Assembly (NCBI RefSeq): GCF_963921235.1 | Contig: NC_086097.1 | Location: 25,794,001-25,858,000, forward strand | DNA from: Mobula hypostoma | Taxonomy: Eukaryota | Reading direction: 5' to 3' | DNA: 64,000 bases | Shown: one piece after another, positions 37,454-50,367 of the stretch | Position numbering within the stretch: position 1 is the first letter of the stretch | How the letters are laid out: each line of letters starts with the position of its first letter | Notes under the pieces: model-generated | Database searches by the model: none | What the model saw: only the letters and a program-made list of their open reading frames with translations | Told to the model about the DNA's origin: nothing | Position numbers and translations under genes: made by a program

Positions 37454-37525
37454 TCGATTCATGGAGACTCGGCTCAAGTCGATCCCGACAGAAGCCTTTA
37501 CAAAGCTCCCGAACATCACAAGGAT
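37454..37525 (+). CDS. tshr: Thyrotropin receptor exon 2 (72 nt, LRR)
   Basis: ttctttttgtcag| acceptor, |gtaagt donor; translates RFMETRLKSIPTEAFTKLPNITR(I) versus human [24 protein letters not shown]; same size and phase as mammalian exon 2. Not in the ORF track in this frame. Confidence 0.93.
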
Positions 37526-38629
37526 GTAAGTATTACTGAGCCGCATCAGACCGCCTGCCTCATCGTTGAGGCAACGCTCACAAAGTGCTGGAGGAACTCA
37601 GCAGGCCAGGCAGCATCTGTGGAACAGAGTACAGTCGACGTTTCGGGCCGAGACCCTTTGGCAGGACTGGAGAAAAAATGTTTGTCATCATTGAGGAAAC
37701 CTCCTGCTTAGTGAACAAACCATATGTTCACCCAAATTTATCATCATGTGCATAATTGGTTTATTATTGTAACATACAGAGGGCAACTTAGTTTTACATG
37801 CCATCCGGACAGATGATTCCAAGCAAAAGTACATCAAGGTAGTACAAAGGGAAAAGCAATAACAGAATATAGTGTTACCGTTACAGAGAAACTGCAGTGC
37901 AGATCGTCAAAGTAACTTTTTATCAAAGTACATTTATGTCACCATATTGATATTTGCAGGAAAGTAAAGAAATACAAGCGAATCCATGGGGTAAAAGAAC
38001 ATACATTAACAAAAGACTGACAATCAGTGTGCAAAGGAAGACAAATTCTGCAAATAAAAAGTTAATACTGGGAACATGAATTATAGGTCTTTGAAAGAGA
38101 GTCATTAGGTTGTAGAATCACTTCAGCATTGTGTAGAGTGAAGTTATCCACAGTGGTTCAGGAGCTAGTGGATAAAGGGTAATAACTGTTTGTGAACCTG
38201 GCGGTCTGGGACCTGAGGCTCCTCCATCCCGATGGCAGCAGTGAGAAGAGAGCGTGGCCTGGACGGTGGGGGCAGACAAAAAAGTGCAAGGGCCACGATG
38301 AGGTAGACTGAGAGATGAAGAGTTCAGCTTTATCGTACAAGAGCTCCATTCATGAGTTTTTTTTTTAACAGTAGGGTAGAAACTGTCCCTGAGCCTGCTG
38401 GTGTATTATTTCAAACTTCTTTTTTAATCTCCTGCACAGTGGAAAGGGGGAGAGGAGAAGGGATGTTTGTTGCCTCCTGGCTGCCAGTGTCAAGCGTGTT
38501 TCAAAGCGGCTGCAGAACGTTCTCAAACGAGAGGGTGATTGTGGGGCTCATGGGCACCAATGACACTGTTAGAAAAGGGGAAGAGGTCTGACTCAGTTTT
38601 TAGAAGAAAGTGACTGAAGAGCAGGACCA

Positions 38630-39110
38630 CTTCCCATTCCCATTGTGATACGTCCGCACTTAACCTGTTGTGTTGAGGCCACACTTAAGTTAGAGGAACA
38701 ACACCTTATGTTCTGTTTGGGTAGCCTCCAGCCTGATGGCATGAACATTTGGTAGTGCCCTCCACTTCCCCCCTTTACCATTTCCCATCCCCTTTTCCCT
38801 CCCTCACCATATCTCTTTGCCTGCCTATCACCTCCCTCTGGTGCTCTTCCCGCCCCCCCCTTTTATTTCTTCCATGGCCTTTTGTCTCTTTCACTAATCA
38901 ACTTCCCAGCTCTTTACTTCATCCCTCTCCCTCCATGTTTTTTCCCCTATCACCTTGTGTTTTTCTGTCCTCTCACCCCACCTTTTAAATCTACCCCTCA
39001 GCTTTTTTTCTCCAGTCCTGCTGAAGGGTTTCGGCCCAAAACGTGACTGTACATTTTTCCATAGATGCTGCCTGGCCTGCTGAGATCCTCCAGCATTTTA
39101 TGTGTGTATC
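38630..39110 (+). mobile_element. Older Penelope-like 3' end / pLTR
   Basis: GAGGAACAACACCTTATGTTCTGTTTGGGTAGCCTCCAGCCTGATGGCATGAAC, pyrimidine-rich tract, decayed hammerhead at 39014-39048, ATAGATGCTGCCTGGCCTGCTGAG tail. Confidence 0.8.
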
Positions 39111-41401
39111 TCAAATTAATAGTCTCTGGATTACTTCCAGTGCTGTTTGCCACTCAAGGTCGGGATAAAAAGATAGAACAGATGGATGTGTGACCGATGC
39201 AGAGTTTGGATTTCAGGTTCTTGGATCATTGTAGCTCCTTCTGAGGCAGGAGCAACCTGCACAAAAGGAATTGGTTACATCTTAATTGACGGGGAACCAA
39301 TATCCCGGCCAGAAGGTTTGCTGATGCTGCTCGTGAGTATTTAAACTAATTTGGCAGGCAGATGGGAGCCAGAGCGCCGGATCAGAAAGTGGAGAAATTG
39401 AGAGGAAGGTGGGTGTCATGACCGGTAAGAACAGACAGGAGCAAGGGGAGAGTCACAATGGGATGAACAGGTTGAGGTGCGTATATTTTAATGCTGGCAC
39501 TATTGTGGATAAGAGTGATGAAGTTGGAGCATGGATGGACACGTGGAACTATGAGGTTGTGGTCGTAACAGAGACTTGATTGAGGGAGGGAAAGGAATGA
39601 ATGCTCAGTTTTCCAGGTTCCAATAGTTTGGAACAGTTAGGGGAGGTGGTAAAGTGGTGGGGTGGACGTTGTAATATTAATTAGGGACAATATCACAACT
39701 GCACTCAGGCTGAGATGAAAGTATAGATGGTGGGTTAATAGATTGCAGATGATATGGTTTTGTGATGGATAGTTTAGAAGACTGGCAAAGAATACAGCAC
39801 AATATAGATCAGTTGCAGACGTGCTGAGATATGGCAGATGGAGTTTAACCCGGCCAAAGGGGAAGTGTTGTACATTGGGAGATCAAATGTAAAGGGACAT
39901 GACACTGTCAGTGGCAATCAACATTAGCAGTGCTGATGTGCACCGAGATTCTTGCCATGTTTCTCAGAACCTGTGACAATAATAAACCAACCCTGCAGAT
40001 CCTGCCATTGATTGTACACATTTGACCTCTCAAAGTGCAATACCTCACACTAGTCTGGATAAACTCCATCTGCCATTTCTCCACCCATCAACAATCAAGG
40101 ATCAGCTTTATTCATTGTCCACATTTACATGTATTCAGAAATTGCTGGAGTGTGGGCACAACATGCAACAACAACTGACAACATTAACAATTATACAGAA
40201 TTAATCATATAATAATAAAGTTACAAGTTCAGAGATGGAATAAAATGTACATAAATGTAAGCATTATTTTCAATGTCGGCAGCATTATAAAAAGTGGTTT
40301 AAAGTGTTTGCAGTGCAGTGACTGAGGTAATAGATAGAGGGGGTGGGAGGAGGCTAACTAGAATGATTGATCAGATTAACTGCCGGGGTAAGAAACTTTT
40401 AAGATGGTGTGAAGTTTTTGTTTTAATAGCCCTAGGGTGTTTTCCAGAAGGGAACGTTAGGAAAAAGCAGTTTGCGGAGTGGGTCGTGTCCTCAATGGCT
40501 TTTTCTGCCCACTTCTTTGTCCTGGTCACATATGAGTCATGTAAGTGACCGTAGAGACTGCAGCCTATATCCTGCCATATCCTTTGACAAACTTCCTCAC
40601 TCTCCACAGCTCCAGCAATTTTTGTGTCATCTGCAAATTTCATAGTCAGCCCAACTTGTGTGTGCAAGTCATTGATACTCATCACAAGCACCGGGAAGGC
40701 TGGGTGGCATGGGGCTTTGGAGGAATTTGGTGCAGAACTTTAGAAGAGGAGGAGAGAAAAAGTGACTGAGAATTAATGAAGCCACAGTCATCTTGTACAA
40801 CTGCGACAAGGTGGCAGATAAGAAGAAAGAACACTTCTAGAAAGGTGAAAAAAAGTCAAACTTCAAATGATGTTGATTTCCCCAAACTTTAATAAAAATA
40901 GTTGCATCCTGTTTGGTAATCTGTTGAATAGTGAATCACTGCTGGTCTGCTTGTGGTGCTTAAAAGTGACTTTTTCCATAGAGGAAGTAACTACCTACCG
41001 AATAGTGAAATGCCTAGATATAGTGGACGTGGAGAGGATGTTTCCTATAGTGGGAGAGTCTAGTTCCAGCGGGCACAGCTTCAGAATAAAACAAAATCCC
41101 GTCAGAACAGAGATGAGGAGGAATTTTTTTCGTCAGAAGGTATTAAATTTGTGGAATTCATTGTCACAGATAGATGTTGAGGCCAGGTCATTGAGTATAT
41201 TTAAAGCGAGCTACTTGATTCGTAAGGACGTCAAAGGTTATGGAGAAAGCAGGAGAATTGGGTTGAAAGAGATAATAAAGCAGCCATGATCGAATAGTAG
41301 AGCCAACTTGATGGGCCGAATGGCTTAATTCTGCTCCTGTATCTTATGGTCTTTCATGATGTCTTAATGATTATCCCAGCTCTTACACATTTCTCTGCTA
41401 G

Positions 41402-41476
41402 ATACATTTCCATTGATGCAACTCTCGAGAGAGTGGATGTCAGGGCTTTCTTCAGTTTGGATAAAGTCACGCACAT
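41402..41476 (+). CDS. tshr: Thyrotropin receptor exon 3 (75 nt, LRR)
   Basis: ttctctgctag| and |gtgagt; YISIDATLERVDVRAFFSLDKVTH(I) versus human [25 protein letters not shown]. Confidence 0.95.
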
Positions 41477-42181
41477 GTGAGTATTTTTGCCAAAAGCTGC
41501 TGGTCCCAAATTCCCAAGACTGAAGCAATCTCCCCAAGACTGTCCAGAATTCCCTGAGGAATAATCAGCCGTAGTTTCCCCTTTCCTGATGGTCGCCGCT
41601 GGCGTGAAGGCTTCACGTGCAGTCACGTTTGAGTCTCTGTTTTTCTTGGTGGCTTTCACTGAACTCTTGAGTCAGTCACAAGAAGTGGACAATGCTGGCA
41701 ACTTACTTGAGCCCATCACCCCTATTGGGGCATAGGCCACTGACAGCCGCTCACCAGAGTCCTTTGTCCTGGGCCTGTCGTCAAGTTGTCCCCAGGTATA
41801 GCTCATCTTTGAAGATCCTTCCTATTTCAGAGATGAGGTCTTTGGAGTTTCTGTTGGCATTTCTGTAACACTGGGTTTTTATGGGATGGGGTTGCTAGTC
41901 CAATGCCCAACCCACCTCCTTTTGCAACCAGGCTTGGGACTGTCCATGGTGGAGTTACGTTGCCGGCAAAACCAGCATTTATTGCCTTTCATTTTGGTCC
42001 CTGGGCCAGTGGTGGTGAACCAGTTGATCGAAAGCTGCAGTCCATGCTCTGAATGGACCGTGCTGAGATCATTCCAATCTGTTAATCTCTTTGTAGTAGA
42101 AGTACACATGATTGAAATCAAGAGGCAAGAAGCCTCAGAAACAAAATGCAGTAATAAAATATCATGTTTATTTGTTAACAG

Positions 42182-42256
42182 AGAAATACGGAATGCGAGG
42201 AGCTTAAGTCAGATTGATCCAGAGGCTTTCAAGAATCTCCCTGTTCTGAAATACCT
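42182..42256 (+). CDS. tshr: Thyrotropin receptor exon 4 (75 nt, LRR)
   Basis: tttgttaacag| and |gtgagt; EIRNARSLSQIDPEAFKNLPVLKY(L) versus human [25 protein letters not shown]. Confidence 0.96.
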
Positions 42257-42319
42257 GTGAGTACAACAGAGACCAGTCCCTGTTTGAACTTCTGTGTCCC
42301 AGACACTAGGTTGGTTGAT

Positions 42320-42880
42320 ATTCTGAGCAACACACACAAAATGCTGGAGGAACTCAGCAGGCCAGGCAGCGTTGATGGAAAAAAGTACAGTCAACATTTT
42401 GGGCCGAAACCCTTCGGTAGGACTAGAGGAAAAAAACTGAGGAGTAGATTTGAAAGGTGCGGGGAGGGCAGAGAGAAACGATGGGCGGGCAAGGAGATAA
42501 CAAGAGAGCAGGATAGGAAATGGAGAGGGGGAGGGGTTAACTGGAAGTTTGAGAAATAAATGTTCATGCCATCAGGTTGGAGGCTAGTGTTGTTCCTCCA
42601 ACCTAAATGTAGCCTTATCCTGACAGTGGAGGAGGCCATGGATGGACATAATGGAATGGGAATGGGAAGTGGAATTAAAATGGATGGCCACTGGAAGATC
42701 CCACTTATTCTAGCAGACGGAGCGTAGATGCTTGACGGAGTGGGCTTCCAGTCTACATCGGGTCTCACCAATATTCAAGAGGCCACACCAGGAGCACCGA
42801 ACACAGTATATGATCCCAACAGACTCACAGGTGAACTGTCGCCTCACCTGGAAGGACTGTTTGGGGCCCTGAATGGTAGA
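42320..42880 (-). mobile_element. Penelope-like 3' fragment (GIY-YIG and pLTR)
   Basis: QFTCESVGIIYCVRCSWCGLLNIGETRCRLEAHSVKHLRSV in ORF 42710-42913, followed by a decayed pLTR. Confidence 0.85.
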
Positions 42881-42944
42881 CACTAACCAGACATTATAAA
42901 GCTGCATTGTCACTTCCCAACTCCTGAACTCAATCCATCATTGA

Positions 42945-44150
42945 GTTAAAGAACAGTACAGAAACAGGCCATTCGGCCCACCTAGTCCATGCTGAATCAT
43001 TTAAACTGCCTACTCCCATCGATCTGCACTGGGACCATAGCCCTCCACGTCCCTACCATCTGTGTAACTATGCAAACTTCTCTTAAATGTTGAAACCAAG
43101 CTTGTATGCACCACTTGTGCTGGCAGCTTGTTCCATACACTCATGACCTTCTGAGTGAAGAAGTTTCCCTCATGTTCCCCTTAAACTTTTCACCTTTCAT
43201 CCTTGACCCATGACCTCTAGTTGTAATCCCACCCAACCTCAATGGAAAAAGCCCAATTGCATTTACCCTATATATCTCTCTTTGTACACCTCTATCAAAT
43301 CTCCCCTCAATCCTCTATGTTCCAAGGAATAAAGTCTTGACCTATTCAATCTGATAACTCAGGTCCTCCAGACTCGGCAACAACTTTGTAAATTTTCTCT
43401 GTACTCTTTCCTGTAGGTAGGTGACCAAAACTACTCACAATACTTCCAATTAGGCTTCACCAATGTCTTGTACAACTTCAACATAACATCCCATTTCCTG
43501 TACTCAGTACTTTGATTTTTGAAGGCCAATGTGCCAAAAGCTTTCATTATGACCCTCTCTACCTGTGACACACTTTCAATTATGGACCTGTATTCCCAGA
43601 TCCCTTTGTTCTACCACACTACTCAGTGCCCTACCATTAACTGTGTAAGACCTACCCTGGTTGGTCCTACTGAAATGCAACACCTCACATTTGTCTGCAT
43701 TAAATTCCATCTGCCATTTTTCAGCCCATTTTTCTATATCCTGCTGCAAGCCATGATAGTCTTCCTCGCTGCCCACTACACCCCCAATCTTGGTGTCATC
43801 TGCAAATTTGCTGATCTGTTTAATCATATTATCATCCAGATCATTGATATAGATGACAAACAACAACAGACCCAGCACCGATCCCTGCAGCACTCCACTC
43901 ATCACAGGCTTCCAGTCAGAGAAGCTACCATCTGCTACTCCCACAAAACCAATGTTTAAACCAATTTACTACTCCATCTTAAATGCCGAACAACTGATCC
44001 TTCTTAACTAATCTCCTATGCGGGACCTTATCAAATGCCTTGTTAAGATCCATGTAGACAACGTCCACTGCCTTGCCTTCATCAACTTTCCCAGTAACTT
44101 CCTCTAAAAAACTCTGTAAGATTGGTTAGACACAACCCCCCTCACACGAA
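42945..44150 (-). mobile_element. CR1 LINE RT and 3' end
   Basis: SGVLQGSVLG, YINDLD, KFADDTKIGG, WAEKWQMEFN in ORF 43576-43944. Confidence 0.85.
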
Positions 44151-44156
44151 GCAACA

Positions 44157-45125
44157 GGGCAACATTGATTGGAAGGGGATACTAGCAAGGATGGTAGCTG
44201 AGCAGCAAATGCTGGAGTTTCTGATAATTCAGAAGACACAAGTTCAGTTCATCCCAAAGAAGGAGAAACATTCTAAAGAGAAATGTGGCAACCATGGCTG
44301 ACAAGGGATGTCAAAGACAGCACAAAAGTGAAAGAGAGGGCATATAATATAGCAAAAATTAACAGGGCAAGCTAGAGGATTGGGGAGCTTTTGATTTTTA
44401 ATAGCTTTCAAATCCTCGAGCTTCCCACTAAAAGAAGGCAACTAAAAAGCAATAAGGAGAGAAAAGATGAAATACGAAGGTAAGCTGAGGAACAATATAA
44501 AAGTCTACAAAAAGTTTTTCTCAGATGTGCACAGAGTAAAAGAGAGGCGAGAGTGGATGTTGGACCACTGGAAAATGATGCTGGAGAATTAGTAACGGGG
44601 AACAAAGAAATGGCAGTGAACTTAATAAGTATTTTGTTTCCATCTTCACTGTGAAAGACACTAGCAGTATGCCAAAAATTTGAGCGCCTCCGGGGCAGAA
44701 GTGAGTGTAGTTACTATTACCAAGGATCAGCTGCTTGGGAAACTAAAAGTTCTGAAGGTAATTAAATCACCTGGACGAGATGGACTATACCCCAGGGTCT
44801 AAAAGAAGTAGCTGAAGAGATTGTGGAGGCATTAGTAGTAATCTTTCAAGACTCAATGGTCAGGAATGGTTTGGTAAGAAGCAAGGGGGGGGACAGGGGA
44901 AATTATAGGCCAGTAAGCATGACTTCAGTGTTGGTAAGATTTAAAATCCATTATTAATGATTAGGTATTGTGGCACGTGGAAACACGTGATAAAATAGAC
45001 CAAAGTCAATATGGTTTCCCTATGCAGAAATCTTGCTTGACAAATCTATTGGAATTCTTTGAGGAAGTAACAGCAGGAGAGACAAAGGAAAGTCAGTGGA
45101 TGGTGTTTTCTTGGATTTTCAGAAG
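44157..45125 (+). mobile_element. CR1 LINE ORF2 middle fragment, decayed
   Basis: Homologous to 53720-54137 and to the NYRP...DFQK segment of the other CR1 copies. Confidence 0.75.
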
Positions 45126-45289
45126 CTGATGATGTATCTCCTTTGTGATTGTATCAATGTGTTGGGCCCACGATAGATCCTCCCAGATGTTGGTGCCCAG
45201 TCTACATCTCAGAGATAAGAAGATCTTGTGGTCCTATTTGGAAGAAAAAGGAGAGGACTGTTCTTTGGTCACCTGACCAATAATGAATT

Positions 45290-45925
45290 GAATTGTGTTA
45301 ACTCTATTACTTACATCCTTCATATACATGAGGAGTAAAAATCTTTATGTTACATCTCCATTCAAATGTGCAATTATAGTAATTTATAATAAATAGTATG
45401 TACAACAGGACAGTCAATGTAACGTAGAAATACAATTATGTCAGCATGAATTAATCAGTCTGATGGCCTGGTGGAAGAAGCTGTCCCGGAGCCTGTTGGT
45501 CCTGGCTTTTATGCTGCGGTACCCTTTCGCAGATGGTAGCAACTGGAAAAGTTTGAGGTTGGGATGACTTGGGTCTCCAATGATCCTTCGGGTCCTTTTT
45601 ACACACCTGTCTTTGTAAATGTCCTGAATAGTGGGAAGTTCACATCTACAGATGCGCTGGGCTGTCCACACCTCTCTCTGCAGAGTCTTCCAATTGAGGG
45701 AAGTACAGTTCCCATTCCAGGCAGTGGTGCAGCCAGTCAGGATGCTCTCAATTGTGCCCCTGTAGAACGTTCTTAGGATTTGGGGGCCCATACCAAACTT
45801 CCTCAACTGTCTGAGGTGGAAGAGGTGTTGTTGTGCTTTTTCCACCACACAGCCGGTATGTACAGACCACATGAGATCCTCAGTGATGTTTATGCCGAGG
45901 AACTTAAAGCTGTTCACCCTCTCAA
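45290..45925 (-). mobile_element. Rex1/Babar LINE 3' fragment (third subfamily)
   Basis: VERVNSFKFLGINITEDLMWS...TFYRGTIESILTGC...RLRDSFFHQAIRLIN; a further older fragment lies at about 46000-46650. Confidence 0.85.
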
Positions 45926-46873
45926 CCCCAAATCCATTCATTTGATAATTAAATACCATTTCTCTGATCATTATTGCTGTTTGTCAGAGTTTCAAGATTG
46001 TTTAATGTTTAATGTCATTTCCAGTACACAAGTGTTAAGGACAATGAAATAGTTGTTACTCCAGATCCGATGCAGCACAAAAGGATAAAGAATATAACAA
46101 TAAAATAAATACATGAGATAGCTTGTATACATTGATTGTATGTCCATAAAATGACACTGGGCACGGAGGTGTCTACATAATGTGACTGTGACAGGAAATG
46201 ATAAAGTGGTGGTGGTGGTGGGTATGGTGGGTTGGTTATTGGGTGGAGGTGTTGATCAGCCTTACTGCTTGGGGAAAGTGGCTGGTTTTGTGTCTGGTGG
46301 TCCTGGTGTGGATACTGGGTAGCCTTCTCCCTGATGAGCGGGACAAACAGTCCATGAGCAGGGTGGATAGAATGCTTCATGAAATTGCTGGCCTTTCTCG
46401 GGCACCTTTCTGTATATACATTTTCAATAGCAGATGGCTCGGTGCCCCTGATGCATTGGGCAGATTTGACTACCCGTTTTCCAACCTTCCTGTCCACTGC
46501 AGTGCAGTTTCCTTGCCACGCAGTGACGCAGCTTGTTAGGATGCTCACTACTGCACATCTGTAGAAGAACGTGAGTATTGATGGTCATTCAAGCTCTTCA
46601 GAAAGTAGAGGCATTGGTGAGCTTTCTTGATTGTATAAAATATGTTCTGAGACTGATCACATTGGATCAATGTGTACCGATCAATAATACTGATCATGTG
46701 CACCTATCGATTGTCACACATCCCAAACTACAACAAGGGCCTTGTAGCTTTAGGATGACCTGATTCAGAGTGAAAGGTGAGATCGGAATACAAGCACTTC
46801 TTCCCTTTTCGGAGCATGATGAATGGACCTGAAGTCCTTCCACTAACGCTGTGTGTTTTTGTTCTGTTCACAG

Positions 46874-46948
46874 TGGGATTTTCAACACTGGCCTGGCCAG
46901 GTTTCCCGACCTGACGAAAATCCATTCCACTGATGTGAACTTCCTAAT
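46874..46948 (+). CDS. tshr: Thyrotropin receptor exon 5 (75 nt, LRR)
   Basis: ctgttcacag| and |gtaagt; GIFNTGLARFPDLTKIHSTDVNFL(I) versus human [25 protein letters not shown]. Confidence 0.96.
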
Positions 46949-48169
46949 GTAAGTCATTTTCTTCTCTGTGTTGGCAGATTGCAGACTCATCTTCGGGAAG
47001 GAGTCACCTTGCCCCCGCAGTTCCTTCAGCACCTGTGCATTGCAATGTAATTGTAGGACAAACTCAGAAACATCAGCCCTTTGGCTTTACTGTACTGTCA
47101 AAGTCCTACAGTGGGCAGCACAAGGGTGATGGGGACAGGAATTGGAACCTCATCTAATCAAAGAGAATCTGCAGGTTTATATTTATTTACAGAGGTTACC
47201 CAGGTTAAAGGTGACCTGAAATACAATGTAATGCTAATTTTTCCATTTTAAAAACTTTTCTTTTCAAACTGCTTGTAATAATCATCAAAAAATTGTTTCA
47301 TGGCATTCAATAAAACAGAACTGGTAAATGTCTGTCCTGATGAAGGGCCTGATGCCAAATCGTCAACAGTTTATTTCCCTCCATAGATGCTGACTGGCTT
47401 GCTGAGTTCCTCCAGCATTTTGTGGGTGTTGCTCAAGATTTCCAGCATCTGCAGAATCTCTTCTGTGCAAAATGTTGACCGCACCTCTGCCTGCACAGAC
47501 AATGCCTGACCCACTGAGTTCATCCAGCAGCTTGTCTTTTTTTGCTCCAGGTTCCAATCTCCTGTGTCCTCAGATCTTACAGAGTGTCTTCAAGGAGGAT
47601 TGCAAGGATTAGAGGCTGAGGGGGAGATTCCAAAGAACGGGGCTAAGGAGGTTAAATGCAAGACTGCCAGTACTGGATGATGGGCGCTGATGCTCTTGGG
47701 GTGGTGGAGAGATCTCAGAGGGTTTCAGGGCTGGAGGAGATTATAGAGAGACTTGGATACAGGGGTGAGTCATTGATACATAGAGCACAGCACAAAAACA
47801 GGCCCTTTAACAGTGCTGACTCGATCTTCTGCCTAGTCCCTGTATCCTGACCATGTCCTTCCAAACCCCTCTCGTCCATGTACTTATACAAACTTCTCAA
47901 TGATTACAATTGAACCTGCTTCTGCCACTTCCGCAGACAGCTTGTTCCACGCTCACCGCCCTCTGAGTAAAGAATATTCCACACAAATATTTTACCTTTC
48001 ACCCTAAACCTACAGTATGATCTCCAGTTCTAGACTCACTCAACCTGAAGGGAAAATGCCCCTCACCCTATCCATACTCTTCATAATGAGACCTCCCCTG
48101 ATTCTCCTACATTCTAGGGAATTCAGCCCCACCGTAGCACCAGCAAGAAAAAATCTCTGGCGCCGCCAC

Positions 48170-48340
48170 TGACCTGAGCGTGTGCCTTATTCAGTTTAAG
48201 ATCCTACACCGTTCCTATTGGACTCCAGTAAGGTTACATAGATTAGGCTTGAAAAACACCCTTGAATACTGGCGCTGTGAGGTGGATAAAGGGGACTTAG
48301 TACATGCCCTCTGCTCCTGCCCCAGAATTCAAGAATTTTA
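48170..48340 (+). mobile_element. L1/Tx1 LINE zinc-knuckle region fragment
   Basis: Hand translation CLIQFKILHRSYWTPVRLHRLGLKNTLEYWRCEVDKGDLVHALCSCPRIQEF. Confidence 0.7.
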
Positions 48341-48908
48341 GATTATGATCCCCACTCTTGTACTCAGTGCTGTGATTTATGAAGCACAATGTGCCAAAAG
48401 CTCTCTTTGCGGCCCTGTCGTCTGTCCGTCACGTTACTTACAAGGAATTATTGATCTGTATTCCCAGGTCCTTTTGTTCCAACAGACACTCGGTGCCCTG
48501 CCGTTCACGGTCTTAAGTCCTATCCTGATTTGTCCTCCCGAACTGCAACACCACACACCTGGCTGGATTCAATTCGATATGCCATTTTAAAATCAAGGTC
48601 ATGCTTAATCAGCAGTCAAAAATATCAGTAGCAGAAGAAAATGTTTAAAGGTTGAGCAAAGACCTTGCTTGGCCAGTACGACTTATGAGTTAAAGCTTAG
48701 CACATTGAACCCCGGCATAAGATTAAACTATATTTAGAGAGCAAACAGGACTGTTGAAGAGGAAATTAAAGTGCTATTTTATGTTTAAGCGTTATGTTTG
48801 GATTGGAGGGCCTATAGAACAGAAACGAATAGGGTGTGGTAGGATTGGTGGAATTATTTTCGCAGTGTTGAGGAATCGTTGGAGGGAATGTGTGTTTATC
48901 TAACAGTG

Positions 48909-49075
48909 TTGGCGCGTGGTCAAGTGGTTAAGGCATTGGACTAGTGATCTGAAGGTCGCGAGTTCGAGCCTCAGCTGAGGCAGTGTGTTGTGTCTTTGAG
49001 CAAGGCACTTAACCACACATTGCTCCTGCACGTTTATAGCCCAGCGGCGGCGGCTGGTGCAGTATGGACAAGACT
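48909..49075 (+). mobile_element. tRNA-derived SINE
   Basis: A box TGGTCAAGTGG, B box GAGTTCGAGCC; head nearly identical to 62487-62602. Confidence 0.8.
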
Positions 49076-50289
49076 TTCATAATTCAGTTTAAAATTTCTT
49101 ACAAAGTCTTTTCAAACAGCCATGGGTGTCATTTGTCATTCCCATGGGGGTGGGGGGGCTGATATGCTCTCTAAAACTACAGTGCCTCACTGCACCAGAC
49201 CCTGAGTCTTATATGCAACACACACTAAAGTTGTATAGAGATACACCACGGTGATAGGCCTCTCTGTCCCAACGTGCTCGTGCCACCCAGTTACAGCCAT
49301 GTGACCAATTAACCTACTAATCGCTACATCTTTGGAATGTAGGAGGAAGCCCATGCAGTTACGGGGAGAACGCACAAACTCCTTACAGACTGCGGCAGAA
49401 TTGAACCCGAGTCACTGTAATAGCATTACAGGAGGAACTCAGCAAGTCAAGCAGTGTGTCTGAGGGGAATAAACTGCTGACAGTTTGGGCCGAGACCCTT
49501 CATCGGGACTGGGGCTGAAGCCAGAATAAAAGGCGGGGAGATGGGGGGGAGCACAAACTGGCAGATGATAGGTAAGTCCAGGTGAGAGGAGACCGTAGGT
49601 GGGCGAGGGAGGGGGGGTGAAACTGGTCAGGTGAGAGGAGGAAGTTGGGTGGGTGAGGAAGGGGGGATGTGCTTAGTATACATAAGTGGGATGTGTGAGA
49701 CATAGAGGGGGTCTGAGCAAGATTCCATTCATCCAGAGAGTGGTAAGGACCTGGAATACACATCAAAGAGACAGAGGTGAAACCAGCATTTCAGAAGTGA
49801 CCAAATGATCATAGGGGTAGGAGCAGAATTAGGCCATTCAGCCCATCGTGTCTGCTCCACCATTCATTCGTGGCTTTTTTTTGGTCAGCCCTATTCTGCT
49901 GTGACCCCCAAGCCAAACAAGAACCTCTCAATCACTGCCTTAGATACACAAATGATTTGGTCCCCACTGCCCTCCATGGCAACAAATTCCACCCTTTGAC
50001 TGAAAAAATAGCTCCTCATCTCTGTTCTAATTGGATGTCCATTCATTCTAAGGGTATATCCCCAACTGATGGAACCATATTCTCCATGTCCAGACCATCC
50101 AGGCCTTTCAGAATCCAGTAGGTTTTGATGAGATTCCCTCCCTACACCCATCCTTTTCATCTCCATTCAGTCAATTACAAGATCCTGTTTTGACGATGGT
50201 GGACTCGAGCTTGATCCAGTTGCCTGCTTGCTCACTGATAGCCTGGGACAGCCTTGTGTGACTGCTGTGTGTACTTCTCTCTTTTCCAG

Positions 50290-50367
50290 TGAAATCGCTG
50301 ACAATCCATTCATTTCAACCATTCCTGCCAACGCCTTCGGTGGGTTGGGCAATGAATCGCTCACTCT
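50290..50367 (+). CDS. tshr: Thyrotropin receptor exon 6 (78 nt, LRR)
   Basis: ctcttttccag| and |gtaagt; EIADNPFISTIPANAFGGLGNESLT(L) versus human [26 protein letters not shown]. Confidence 0.96.

Noticed and set aside
41886..42260. 124-aa ORF as a standalone gene
   Set aside because: Only the last 25 residues are real (tshr exon 4); the rest is intron read-through.
48909..48985. tRNA gene (also 62487 and 36110-36176)
   Set aside because: A and B boxes are present, but there is no complete cloverleaf and the sequence continues into shared SINE bodies.
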